A stretch of DNA of 64,000 nucleotides from Selaginella moellendorffii (lineage: Eukaryota; Plantae; Lycopodiophyta). A program made the translations under genes and the position numbers. The stretch spans positions 124,001 through 188,000 of the forward strand of contig NW_003314415.1 of the NCBI RefSeq assembly GCF_000143415.4. The letters run 5' to 3'. The notes beneath the pieces were generated by a model. The model was not told the DNA's origin. It saw only the letters and a list, made by a program, of their open reading frames with translations, and searched no databases. Below, piece by piece: positions 12,701 to 25,297 of the stretch (its first letter is position 1; every line of letters starts with the position of its first letter).

Positions 12701-13954
12701 CTACGTTGTTGTCCTGCGAGTTATTCCTGTTCTTCGTGTTAGATGCTGGTCCCCATCGCGGTCGATAAACGCCGTGATCTTGTCCATCAGCCTGTGAAAG
12801 TGTCCAGTGTTTGGAAAGATGAAAAAGCCCACCGTCGCCTCCTCCAAGAACAAGAGCTCCACGTCCTTGCCGGCGTTCCTCATCCCCTCCACGTACTGGA
12901 GCTGCCAGTCCTTGATCATATCCAGCCCCGCCACCGCCACCAGCGAAGGTGGCAGCACCACGCCCTCGAGGCTGCGGGAGCTCGGCCCGAATATGTTGCA
13001 CGCCGGATGATCCCTGTCCGCCCCGGCCGGAAGAAAGGACTGCCAGTAGAAATCCCTGTCCTTGATCGTCACAAAGTACTGCCCGTCGAATCTCAGCTCC
13101 GACTGCGTCCTCCGGTTGCCACCAAACATTGGTATAATCAGAATGTGTCCGGCCACACGTAACGGGCCGAGCTCCGCCCCCGACTCCGCTGCTCGGACTC
13201 CGACATGGTGGACAATGTTTCCACCGTTGCTGTCCCCGACCAAAAAGCACCGCCCGAGATCGGCAGTCCGTGGAAGCCAGGCATGCGCGACGCCGCGCAA
13301 GACTTGGACTTTGAGCCAGGTGAGCGCTGCGTAGCAGTCGTTGTAGGCGGCCGGGTACTTGTGCTCGGGAGCTCGCCGGTAGTTAACCGAGATGACTACC
13401 GCCTGGCACAGCCGGGCCAGCTGCTGGCATACCGTGTGGTAGACTGCACTGTTAGCGGACATGTGCACGAAGCTGCCGCCGTGGAAATAGAAGAAAATTG
13501 GCGTACCGTGCGTCGTCGAGCTTGCGTTGTTGTTGTGGCTGGCGCGGGGGATAAAAATTCGCGACCAGATGCCGCTGGTGCGGTCGATGGTCACGTCCAT
13601 GAAGGTCACGGGGTCGTCTTCGCGCTCCACGCTGCTCACGGGGACTTTGCGGTCGAGGAATTCGTCCAGGTTGCGGTTGAAGGAGCCGTCGGAATTGCGG
13701 GTGAGGTTGTAAGCTAGCTTGAGGTTGGAGATGAGGACCCAGGTGTTGAGCGGCACAACTTCCTGAGCAAAAAACGCAAGGGGTCAGCCATTATTTCTCC
13801 CTGATCTCTGCTCTCTAGGTTGCTGGAATGAAGAAAGAATCGAGGAGCAAAGGAAAAAGAGGATTTTTATGTCTGGAGAGTAGCCTAGCGATATAGGTAC
13901 CTTGGATTCTTTGAGCTGCAATTCCTCGGCGCTGCTATCCTCCTCCGGTTCCAT
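12701..13954 (-). CDS. GID1: Gibberellin receptor GID1 (exons 13901-13954 and 12701-13762)
   Basis: Lid VVPLNTWVLISNLKLAYNLTR, HGGSF, GDSxGG. The catalytic His position is Val (ATVGF), diagnostic of GID1 rather than a carboxylesterase. One intron near the 5' end. Confidence 0.95.
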
Positions 13955-16138
13955 ATGCTCGCTTTGAAGCAGCATGAATGCCCGAGCGCTCGGAATTCCG
14001 GCCCTCTGTGGATCGCCTTCTAAATGTAGGAATTGTGGAGCTCTTGGCGTTCGATGCTATTTCATCGAATCACGTCAAAAAAGAGAAAGGGAAATAAAAA
14101 CAGAAAAGACGCGGATAGAGTCGATAGATGCCGACAAATCCCTGCAAACGCCACCCACCACTTAGAGCTTCGCAAAATTCAACATCGAAAAGGAAGTGAC
14201 CAGCAAGCACAAGCAAAGAGTGGCAAGAAAACAAGCCCAGGAAGAAGAAAGAAAAGATGCACAAGCAGCAGGGGGAGACCCTACAGAGGCGTGTCAAGAG
14301 CACTCACTAGATTTGGCGCTGAGGAGGCCCTCCTCGCCCGCACTGTGCCTGCGTCGCTGAGCCGAATTCGTTGGTCAGATCCCCGCAAAAACAAAACTTT
14401 AGGCCGTCTTCCGGAATCTCTCTCCCCGAAAAGGAGACTGGTTCCAAGCAAGAAACGTGTTGTGGCAGCCAATTCCTGGAGGGAGGGGTATTAGTAATCC
14501 GTCGTATACTGCCGTATCCCGCGCTATCAATCCATTACATCATCGTTCCGTCCCCCACCTTCCCTGCTGCCGAAGTACACACGTCGTCTCCTGAGCTAGC
14601 TTTCAATGCCGTCTATCCCTGTCCGTGCTTATCTGCAGAGAGAGAAACGCTACCAAGCGCTGGAAGCAGCGCCTCTTCCTGCTGCTGCCGCTGCGGCTGC
14701 TGCTACTACCGCCTGTGGCCACCCTTGAAGCGCGCAACAAACGCTGAGCAAACCAAAAGGGACCTTCAAGAGTGGAACCCACGCCAACGACAAACATGCC
14801 GCCATTGGCCCTGTGCTGGCCTTTCTTGTCCGTATCGGGCGGAAATGAAGCCTCCTCCCGTCCCTTAAGCCCCCCTCTCGCTCTGGAGCTTCACTTGGCA
14901 GCATTGCGGAGCATGGAAAGTCCAGCCTGCTGCCTCGCCCATCCCCGTCTTTTATCTCAACCGGACGCTGCGAGCGCGAGGCAGCAACAAGGTCTGCATT
15001 GGATCTGGTCCAGAATCTAGTGGAGAAAAAGCCTTTTTTTTCCGCCTCCTGCGTACGTACCCGACGGCCCCCGGGCTCCAAAATAGTAGCCGTCGTGTTT
15101 GTTGTTGCCGCTACGCTAACACCACTTGTTAAGTCTTTTTTAGTCTCTCCAGATACTGCCAGTCCCGCCGAATCACTCTGCCTGCTACTCTTGTCACCAC
15201 GTCGTTTGTTTTTCTAAGGCGTGTAAGCCAAGTCAAAACCCGTGCCCTCCATCCAAAGATCGTTGTGGATTGGATTGTTGGAACCCGGCCAAATTCTAAG
15301 CTGCCCAGCTGTGAGCCACCTACACCTCCCTACTTTGCTGTGCCGAAGGAAGTGCTTTTGACCCGATAGCTTTGGGCTTGGACCCCAGTACCAACTAGCC
15401 AGGCGTCGACGAGGCTTGCTTGTTATGACGGCCACCACCTCAAAAACAAATGCCGGAAAAAGCCATGACGACCGCGCGCTGCTGCCGACTTAAATAATCC
15501 ATCCCGGCCTGCCTGCCTACCTGCAACTCTGCTTGTTTTATCCAACTCCTTGCCACGGTGTGGGTAAATTGTAATGGCGACTGCAAAAGGAGAGACTTTG
15601 TTTAAGCGCGTAGAGTAAAAAGTCTTTGCTAACCTTTCGGATTAGCGAAGAGCCCAGGCAAGCGCATATCATGGTCTGATATGGTTTACCGTAAACTAAA
15701 GCGTTGTCGGTCGCTGTTGGTGTCCCTTGGTAAATTTTCTTTTTGCCGGGGCGACCTTTCCCGGCTCGAGCTCGCCACGAAGGAGCTGTTGTTTTGTTTC
15801 TAGTCCCCTTGGAACAGATTGGCGGTGCGCTACACGTCAAGCCCGACTTGCAATCAAGGATAGTAACATGCTACTGAAAGACAAGGCCCTTGTGGACGCT
15901 TGCTGCTCTATGAAAATACATGCCTACCTGCAGCCCCACATCGCTCACTATAGCCATTTTCTCCAGTGGATTGGCTCCGATCGGATAACTCCCGACTGAA
16001 ACTCCCAGCCTGCGGAACCAATGCAAAGAAACAAACGCTGTGAGAGCGAGGGTGAAAACAAAATGGCAGAAGAACAACAGACAAAACGGGGAAAGGTTCC
16101 ATGATTGTTACATGGACCAAAATCTCATTTTCTCGTAC

Positions 16139-16141
<3 letters not shown>

Positions 16142-16176
<35 letters not shown>
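16142..16176. repeat. (TG)n microsatellite
   Basis: Perfect TG run. Confidence 0.95.
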
Positions 16177-16177
<1 letters not shown>

Positions 16178-17922
16178 AAGTGCCACGTTCCATCTTGGTT
16201 GTCCATCGCTTTGCTTCAACTTCACTCCAAGGAAAAAAGCTCGCTTCGTTCCCTCTTTAAATAAAAAAGAAAAAGGAAAAAGGGAAAAAAGAGAAAAAGG
16301 ATCGTCACATTCTGTCAGGAAGCCACAGTCATGCTTGAATCATCATCACCCTCAATTCCGTTAAACAAGTCCCACCCGGACCTCTTTCTTTTCTTACTAA
16401 AAGAGAATGAGAAGAAGCAAGGAAGGAAGAGCATTTGGCATTGACAGACACAAACAAAAAAAAGCCCGACTTTGACACCATCAAGCAGGCCCGGACTTTA
16501 CCTCAGAATCTGCGCCATTCTTCTTCTTCTCGTCCTCCCCAACGTGACAAGCAAGCACAGTGGTCAAAAGCTCACGCCCGGTCCTTTTCCTCTGCAAAGA
16601 TCTACACCTAACTCGGCAGCATTAGAGCGGCCCAGCGCGCTATCAAACAAGACGATCGCGACCGAGAAAGCCCTGGCCCTAAAATTTAAAAAATTTAGGG
16701 TTCTTGAGCTGCCACGTGGATTGGAACTTAAGCACGTTTTGGTCGAATGTTTAATCTGGACTGGCCGATAGTGTGGCTTGATTTTTCTTTTCTCGTGCAC
16801 TTAAGAGCGCTTCTTCATTCATAGTACGTTTTTCAAGGCTCGATTTATGTCCTGTTGGCCTGCCTGTGGTTTTAAAGCTCTTTCTTCTTTTTCTTCTTGT
16901 CTTGCTGCCCGTTTTATCCCCTGCTTTTCTCGGTTTTGGGACTTTGCTTTTGAGCTCTAACGCTAGCGGCCACCTCGACTTATTCTCCCGAGGAAAAGTA
17001 TTCCCGAGAACTAGCTGACAAGTTCACATCTCGAAGAATAACAGGTAAAACCATCGTAACAGCCATGGCTGAACTCAGCGTTTGTATCTTTCGCGACAGA
17101 CGGCAGAGCTCGTTAGAAAAATCAAAACAGGAAAGAAATTTGTGTAAGCTCTTCACTTTTTTTCCTTTTGAGTTGTTTCACAAATTTCATACTGTTTGTT
17201 GAGATAAGACCTGTGGTCCCGGAAATCTTGATGGAACCTTTTCGTGTTGTAGCACTTGTATTTCTGGACCTGGAAGCTTTGGATGCTCAAGACGTACCAC
17301 TTTACTGTTTCGCGCTCTTCTCTCTTCCTTGACTTGCTGCTCTTGTTTTGCAGCCGGAAACTCGGGATAGAGATGGGAAATCACCAATCGTGTAAGTGTA
17401 TTTTTCTTCAATCCGTCCTCTGAGGTCTAGTTTCTCACGTTCTTTTGTGTACGTGATTTCTAGTTGGTGATCTTAACGTTGGTTGTGGTGATGATTCAGC
17501 TTTTGATCGATCAAAGCGTGTTTTCAATTGTCACAGTCTCCGCGCTAAGGAGCCGAAAGTTACGAACAATTTGTGCAGCTATGGTGGAGAGCCAAATACC
17601 AAAGTTTGGTTGGAGTTTTCTTTGCAATAAGCACAGGCTCGCAAGGTTCTAGTTGATTTTCTTTAGATTTTTGGTCTGACTGCAACAATCATTGATCGAT
17701 TCCAAGCTTAGTATCATACATTTGCTTCTTATAATTGCTCCCATGCCTTAATACACCAAATCAAGTTGCTGGAGAGCAGGAATCCTGTTTTTCGCTTCCA
17801 CGTAAGTTCGTCTCTGATTGCTCTGCCTTTCCAGAGAATTCTATCTTGCTGGAAAACATTCCACAAACACTTTCAAAAGCAAGACTCGAGCTTCTTTCAT
17901 TACAATATTGCTATTATCTGAA

Positions 17923-18945
17923 TCATCCGCCGGTAACGTCAGTCTCAGTGACCGAAACACCAGTGTACGTACCAGTCTGGGGGAAACTAAAGCTTTCGCC
18001 TGTGTCAAGCTTGACAACCATGACACCCGAGTATGGCACGTTGATCTTACCAGAGTAAGTTACTGCCTGGATGTTAACTGACGCCCCCGGTGCCAGCGTA
18101 TTTCCCTCGGATCACTCGAGGTTTTTGGTGCCGGAATGCTCAACCGTGTTGGTGGACTGCTCGCTCTCTTGCCACTGATAAGAGCTCTCGGTCTTGAAAA
18201 TGTCGAGGATGCTGGCATTCACAGTGACGGTTTGGGAAGTGGTGAGGCCTTCGGCCTGAGACCACGAGTAGGAGATGGTCATATCTTTACTTCCATCGAT
18301 CTTCCACTGAACAGGAACTTCACTGTTGTTGCTGCATTTCAGGGTGTCCAGTGTCTCTGGAACGATGCTTCCCAATGCAGAGATGTTGTAGTAGCGTACG
18401 TCTTGGAGCTGGCAAGAGACCAGCGGCAGGAGAAACGCAAAGCCCCGTGCGTTTAGGTCGTCACCGGCACGGATGTCGGCTCCCACCAGGATCCCGGAGT
18501 AGACATTGATCACCGTGGCGCTTCCACCTTGGTATCCATGCTGGAAAGTATTGCCGAGGCTTGTGGTAAACATGATAGCACTGGCGCGATCACCTGGTCG
18601 TCCAAAAGCACGAGCCAAGGTATAATGCATACCAAGAAGAGGTGATAGAGCAAGCTTACCAACGTGATCCCATTCGCCAAGCCAGAGGGACATGGACGTG
18701 ATGAGCTCCCCGGGCTGGAAAGTGTAGGTGGACGAGCTTCCAGCGGGGCTGCCATAGAGGTGGCATTGATTGTCCGTCTCACCCGTCTGCCACAACTTGA
18801 CAGCTTTGGTTCTGTTACCATAGTCCCACACTTGGATCTGGCGGATGACCTTCCCGCTAGTCCAGGCTTCAAGCTGATAGTCAGTGCCACCCGAGGTGTT
18901 TCCCACAACTTGGACGGTGCCAATGACGGGGCTGGAGAGTGTCAT
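17923..18945 (-). pseudogene. Jacalin-lectin + aerolysin/ETX-MTX2-type protein, type A copy 1 (in-frame TGA at 18112-18114)
   Basis: Jacalin-like N-domain (YTFQPGELITSMSLW, SGILVGADIRAGDDLN..GFAFL) and Ser/Thr-rich beta pore domain. The frame continues past the TGA to GKINVPYSG..FPQTGTYTGV..GG*. One 66-nt intron. Confidence 0.85.
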
Positions 18946-19287
18946 GAGCAAAAGGATGAATGCAAGGGAGTTCTAGGAGAGATGCTTTGGTGATGATGAT
19001 CTAGAATGGACCTAGATTTATATTGTCCTCGACTTGGTGCTTGAGTCAACCATCGCTGGATTGTTGATCGTACTCCATGTGCGCGTGATTTTCGATCTCT
19101 GAATGAAAGAGTTTCTTACGCTGTTGCTGTTCAACGTAATCTGCATCGACAACAGGTCCTGATTATCACAGAATAAACAAACACCAAAAAACTACGGTCG
19201 TGATGAACGCGCTGCACTTGAACGTAAAAAATCTGCCAGCAAGATGCAACAAGATTAAAAACATTTCTCGTTTTAATCATGTGAAAT

Positions 19288-19673
19288 TTTTCTAAGAGGT
19301 TTATATGTGTTTGTAAACGTCAGGATGCAGATTTGAGTCCTCGAGAACTGATATTTAGTCCTAATTAACACAGAATAAACAAATCTCGAAAGCAATCTAG
19401 ACAGTACATACAGGTTTCTCTTGGTGAACGCGCTGCATTACAAAATTCTGACTACGAGCTGCATCCTGATTTTGTTGACGTTAAGAGGTTTATCAGTGCT
19501 CCGCCGTTGGATCGGGGGCATCCGACGTACCGTTTAACATTTGGTTATGAACAAGAACAAGACATTGGAGCCTCCAAAAAATATAGCGATTTGTTCAAAC
19601 GTCAACAAAATCGATGTCGTGGTCAAATCTCCATCCTGACGTTTACATTAACACATATAAACCTCTTAGAAAA
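19288..19673. mobile_element. MITE-like / fold-back element with ~50 bp terminal inverted repeats
   Basis: ttttctaagaggtttatatgtgt..gtaaacgtcaggatgcagatttga (19288-19336) is inverted at 19623-19673. Inner IR gattttgttgacgtt / aacgtcaacaaaatc. No TSD seen. Confidence 0.55.
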
Positions 19674-19729
19674 CTTATAGGAAATATAATGTGATAATAA
19701 GTTCAACCTTTTAATGTTTTTGTTCCGCT

Positions 19730-21190
19730 ATGGTTCTTGTGGGAGCGGCGCTCGAGGCTTTGGATTTCAAGACGCGGCGACCAAGGTACCACTTTGCTCA
19801 GATTTGCGAAGCGATTGCGTGTTTTTTTTACCACTTCACTTGCTTTGTAAGTTGTAGTTGGCTTGGCTCTTGGGTCATCCCACTTTGGTAGCTGATGCTT
19901 TAAAGGCATCGCCGGCGATAGAGATCAAACAGTCCAGCACTCCGCGTTTCGTGTGTGTTTTGCAAAAGGAATTCGCGACCGCTATTCCAGCGCTTGTGGA
20001 TGTAAGATCGATTTGGATACAAGCTTGGTTGCAACTCACTCATGTTCTTCCCTCTCTCTTTTTGTCTTGCAGTTTGTTGGCACAGATGATGCAACAACTT
20101 GTGTGGGAGTGCAAATCCGGACTGTAAGGATGCTCCAAGTTGGTGTGTTACGCTTCTGATGGCTTTGCGGAACAAGCATCGGGCATTTGGACTTTGCAGG
20201 CTGCGTGAAAGAAGGCCTCGTCCAAATGCTTTCTTCGCTTTTTCCGGACAAGGACACCATCCTCGAGGTGTTGTTCTTGATTTTTTTTTCTTTCTATTTC
20301 CCCTGGTTTGTGAGTTGATTTCTACTGCTTGCCTTCTACACAGGTCCATATGGCTGGTGCTTACGATGACTCCATCGAGATGGGGCTCCGAGAAGATGAG
20401 ATGGGACACTCTTGGCCTCTGTGCCTAGAACTTGTCGAGGAGTTGCAAGCTCTGCTTACAAGCTGGAAATCCGGACGCTTTGCATTCTCCGGCATAACAC
20501 TGTCACAAGCGATGGGGGTTATCCTTGTCCTGCTGTGAGAGGCTTCGCGGTGAGCAAAGGTTCCATAGCTTTTTCGTTCTCTCTCTCTCTTTCTTTTATC
20601 AGTTCTCCTGGTTTCGCAGATCGAAACAAAATCTGGACGCTGTTTTCCAGCGAGCTTTTCAGCTGACGCCAGGGGTCCGGACGAAATCATTCGAGCACTC
20701 TTGATGCTGGCGGGGCCGGCAACCAGGCTCCGCCTCCCGTATGACACCGAGTCGGACACTTTCTCGATCAAACCATTCCAGTGGTATCAAGTCTTCTTTC
20801 ACCACGGTTTCCATCTTTTCTTCATGGTTTCTTTCTACCTTTCCAGGAGCCGAGGATGGAAAATGCTCGCAGCGCAGTCGCTAGCTCTGTCTGATGCCGA
20901 GCTACTCCAGACTCGATCAACGTCTCCACACGCAGAGAGCCCGAGCTTCGTCACCTCCATCAGAAGGTAGTGCAAGAGCTCCTTTCCTTTACATGCATCT
21001 TTACCACCTTTCAGGATGGACACTTATATTTACAACCATCCCGACTGGGAACACGCATTTCCAAACCGAGAGAGCCGAAGGTTAGTAAGAGATCCTGGAA
21101 CTGGGAGATGGATGCGAGCGGAAGACCCAAACTCAAGAAGAGTTGCGAGCACAGCCAAAGCTTTATGGGAGCTCTCGCTTTGAAAACCAC
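19730..21190 (+). pseudogene. NTAN1: NTAN1 pseudogene (duplicate)
   Basis: Collinear with 28180-29681 but has a 14-bp deletion just after the catalytic Cys motif (about 20111), a 1-bp deletion near 20456 and a lost stop codon. Confidence 0.85.
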
Positions 21191-21226
21191 AGGCTCTTCG
21201 TCACCACATCCCGAGAGAGAGCTTTG

Positions 21227-21565
21227 CTACGACAGATTCTCAAGCGAGGCAATCCACGAAGAGAGTCTCGCGTTTACTTGCACTGGTATCTCGTCGTGAG
21301 GACAGTGTCCGGCTTGGAGCTTCATGAGCGTTGCGTCGTTGTAAAGAGCTTGGATCTTGTCAGCTTTAGAAGACGGGGCCAGTGGATCCGACTCTCCCCA
21401 CAGTACTAGCAGTGGACAATCCAAATCTCGCAAAAGTTTCTCCAGGGATAAATCAGATGGCTGGAACAAGAAGCGAGAGATCATCCTGTTCCAAGAAAAA
21501 AAAGCCATTCTTTTCGTAGTTTTTCATTTCTTTCCCTTCTACGAACCTGTAAAACACCACTGCTG
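21227..21565 (-). pseudogene. Orphan 3' fragment of the alpha/beta hydrolase gene
   Basis: LLVLWGESDP..AGHCPHDE is nearly identical to 29737-30030 and is cut at the duplication junction. Confidence 0.88.
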
Positions 21566-21674
21566 AGCAGCAAGGAAGGAACCAACAAAAAAAAGCCTGA
21601 CTTTGACACCATCAAGCAAACTTGGACTTTACCTCAGAATCTGTGGCATTTTTCTTCTTCTCACCCGCCTCAAC

Positions 21675-23968
21675 AAAGGAGCTGGGTGTTGGAAATGTAA
21701 TTATTGTGGAAAAATGTATTGCGGTCCGCTAAAATGAATTAAAACGCATCTTGCTAAATTTTTTGGGTATAACATTGAAGCATGTAATGCTTTAAATGTT
21801 CCTCTTCATGTTCAGAATCAAACTCGCTAAATGTTTGTGGATTAATATTAACATAGTGGGATTTTAATAGACATTAAATTAGTTTCAATCTAGACCTTTC
21901 ATATAATTTATGCCCTTTTGTCTTTACCTTTTACAACAAATCTACAGAATAGGCATTTTGATAGAGCATCTGCTTCTAGAGTTGGCACACAAAGTGCTAG
22001 TCAATCTTAGCCTATGAGTGCTTTTATAGGCTAGGGATCATTTGTTAGTCGAAAGCGAATGTAAGATGGCAACATTGGAGAAATGCTTGATGATGTAAAA
22101 AACATGAATTTAGATGATGTGATATTAAAGTTCATTTTCTTGAATGCCATACTATTTAATGTTGTGAAAAGCCTATATTTTCGTGCAATGATCACAACCA
22201 CTTGTAATGCCGGACATAATGCTGCATCGAGGATTCTTGGTTACAATAAAGTTTGTATTACTCAGTTCACTTGTCACTATACTCTAATCAAAGAGAAGTT
22301 AATTCCCTTTCATGATGGATGGACTCAATTTAAATGTACAATAGTGACTGATGGATGGTTTGATATAAAAAAACAGATCATTCATAAATTTCATAGTTAC
22401 CTCTATCTATGGCTCAATATTTTGGCAGGGTGTTGACACCAAAGGGAAGAAAAGATTGGTCTTTGGCTTTGGGAGCAATTTAGACCCATTATTTTGGATG
22501 TTGGTATTGAAAATGTTCTTCAAGTCATTATTGATAGTATTTTGAATTGTGTATTAATGGGGGAACATATGAGAGAAGAATTCCCCTTTATCTTACACAA
22601 TCAATGCATGTGCTGTGTTTTGGACTTGTTATTGGAGGATATTGGGAAGTTTGATTGAGTGTCTAAAATTATAAATGACTGTGAGAAGATCGTGAAGTTC
22701 ATAATTGAGAAGCTAATATTACTTGCTTTATTTTGAAAGTTTTGCTCTAGAGAACTCATGAAGCCTGCAAACACTTGATTCGCTTACATCTTTTTTATAG
22801 TCAGCTAGCTCCAACATGAAAATGTTTTGCCATGCTTTCGACGATTCAAAGTGAGTGTAGAATTTGAATTGTCGAAATGGTATAACACAAAGGATGCTAA
22901 GAATGTTCGTACAACAACTTTCAATGATGAATTTTAGAAGAACACTTTTACTTTATTGGTCATGGTAACTCTTATTTTGAAGGTGTTATGTCTTGTAGAT
23001 CGTAAGGGTGCAATAACAAGATTAATTTATGAAGCAATGTATTGTATAATTAAAGGATTAGAGCTTATAGCTCAAATGGCAAGCTTGATGCGGATAAAAT
23101 TAATGCAATTAAGTGTATTTTGATTGAAGATTAACATAGACAAAAAGCTCGATGGTTTATGATGCATAGCTATATGCACAATGCTACACATGCTTTGAAT
23201 CTTTCATACCTTGAGCAAGACTTAAATGCTGAGGTAAGAAGCGATTGAATAGATTATTTATCACTCTATTGCTGTAAGGACACTCAATTGGAAGAAAAGT
23301 TAGATAAGTAATTCAATATGTTTCGACAAGGAAATGGAAGAGCTATCAATTAAGATTTGCTGAAGAGCAAAGCAAAAAGGAAATTCCTAGTGTCTTGGTG
23401 AGAATCCTATGGATATGAGATACATGAGCTCAGGAAGTTAGCATTTTGTGTGTTGAGCCAAAGAGTGTGCTCTTTTCCATGTGAGCAAAATTGGAATAGT
23501 TGGAACTTGATCCAAACCAAATAATATAATCACGTACTTCCAGAGAACTTGAAAAAGTTAGTTTATGTACATAATAACACAAGAGTGGTGGATCGTATTG
23601 AAAGTGAAGGAATAAAATTCTTAAAAGATCAATCTCGACACAATTACAATCAAACCACAATGGATAAAGATTGTAGAGTGAATCTCTTAGTATAGAAGAT
23701 TTAGCCGAAGAAAATTTTCCAAATGAGGATGTGATTGTTAAAGTAGATGCCAGAGATGTTAAAGAACTTGCCGAAGATGTTGAAGAAGATAAGTAATAGT
23801 TGATTTGGTTTAATGCTTTGGTTTTCTTACTTTTATTAGTGTGGTTTTACTAAAAATGTTTTTTTTTAAATAAAAAAATTTATGAACTGTTCTGCCGTTT
23901 AGCATTTTTACGGCCGGTCGATAACCACTGTTAACCAATCGGTCGGTCAATCAGTGTTCGGAACAATT
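21675..23968 (+). mobile_element. Degenerate hAT transposon (BED finger, DUF659 transposase, dimerisation domain)
   Basis: WKCNYCGK..HLA (BED), CTIVTDGWFD, ENVLQVI, C..LDLLLEDIG, MKPANT*FAY. Many stops, AT-rich. It interrupts sequence that is contiguous at about 16530-16545 in unit 1. Confidence 0.88.
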
Positions 23969-25297
23969 GGGACTAACCTTGCACCCCAGCGTGACAAACA
24001 AGCATAGTGGTCAAAAGCTCATGCCCAGTCTTTTTCCTCTGCAAAGATTTATACTGGCCAGCATTAGAGTGGCCCAGCGCAATCAGAAAGCCCTGGCCCT
24101 AAAATTTAAAAAATTTAGGAATCTTGAGCTGCCACGTGGATTGGTTCTTTTGGTCAAATGTTTAATCTGGACTGGCCGATAGTGTGGCTTGCTTTTTCTT
24201 TTCTCATGCACTTGAGAGCGCTTCTTCAGTCATAGTACGTTTGTCAAAGCTCGATTTATGTTCTGTTGGCCTGCCGTTGGTTTTTAAGCTCTTTCTTCTT
24301 TTCTTCTTGTCTTGCTCTGCTTTTCTCGGTTTTGGGACTTTGCTTTTGATAGCGCCACCTCGACTTATTCTCCCGAGGAAAAGTATTCCCGAGAACTAGC
24401 TGACAAGTTCTCATCTCGAAGAATAAAAGGTAAAACCATCGTAAGAGCCATGGCTGAAATCACACTGCGTTTGTATCTTTCCTGACAGAGGGCAGAGCTC
24501 GTTCGAAAAATCAAAACAGGAAAGAAATTTGTGTAAGCTCTTCACTTGATTTCCTTTTGACTTGTCTCACAAATTTCATATTGTTTATTGAGACAAGACC
24601 TGTGGTCCCGGAAATCTTACCTTTTCGTGTTGTAGCACTTGTATTTCTGGACCTGGAAGCTTTGGATGCTCAAGACGTACCACTTTACCGTTTCGCGCTC
24701 TTCTCTCTTCCTTGACTTGCTGCTCTTGTTTTGCAGCCGGAAACTCGGGATAGAGATGAATCGTGCAAGTGTATTTTTCTTCAATCCGTCCTCTGAGGTC
24801 GAGTTTCTTACGTTCTTTTGTGTACGTGATTTCTAGTTGGTGATCTTAACGTTGGTTGTGGTGATGATTCAGCTTTTGATCGATCAAAGCGTGTTTTCAA
24901 TTGTCACAGTCTCCACGCTAAGGAGCCGAAAGTTACGAACGATTTGTGCAGCTATGGTGGAGAGCCAAATACCAAAGTTTCGTTGGAGTTTTCTTTGCAA
25001 TAAGCACAGGCTCGCAAGGTTCTAGTTGAATTTTTTTTATTTTTTTTGGTCTGGCTGCAACAATCATTGATCGATTCCAAGCTTAGTATCATACATTTGC
25101 TTCTTATAATTGCTCCTATGCCTTATACACCAAATCAAGTTGCTGGAAAGCAGGAATCCTGTTTTTTGCTTCCACGTAAGTTCGTCTCTGATTGCTTCTG
25201 CCTTTCCAGAGAATTCTATCTTGCTGGAAAACATTCCACAAACACTTTCAAAAGCAAGACTCGAGCTTCTTTCATTACAATATTGCTATTATCTGAA

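Larger units (their letters stand above)
16416..21565 (+). repeat. Tandem segmental duplication, unit 1
   Basis: 16540-19100 matches 23985-26500 and 19680-21565 matches 28105-30078. The junction near 21566 joins sequence matching 30063-30078 to sequence matching 16416 onward. Confidence 0.9.

Noticed and set aside
12696-13717. Long alternative-frame ORFs over GID1, and similar ones over the PPR, IF2 and desaturase genes
   Set aside because: Shadow ORFs of GC-rich coding sequence with no recognisable motifs.
14033-15081. ORFs of 140-165 aa upstream of GID1
   Set aside because: Low-complexity translations with no family motif or consistent splice structure.
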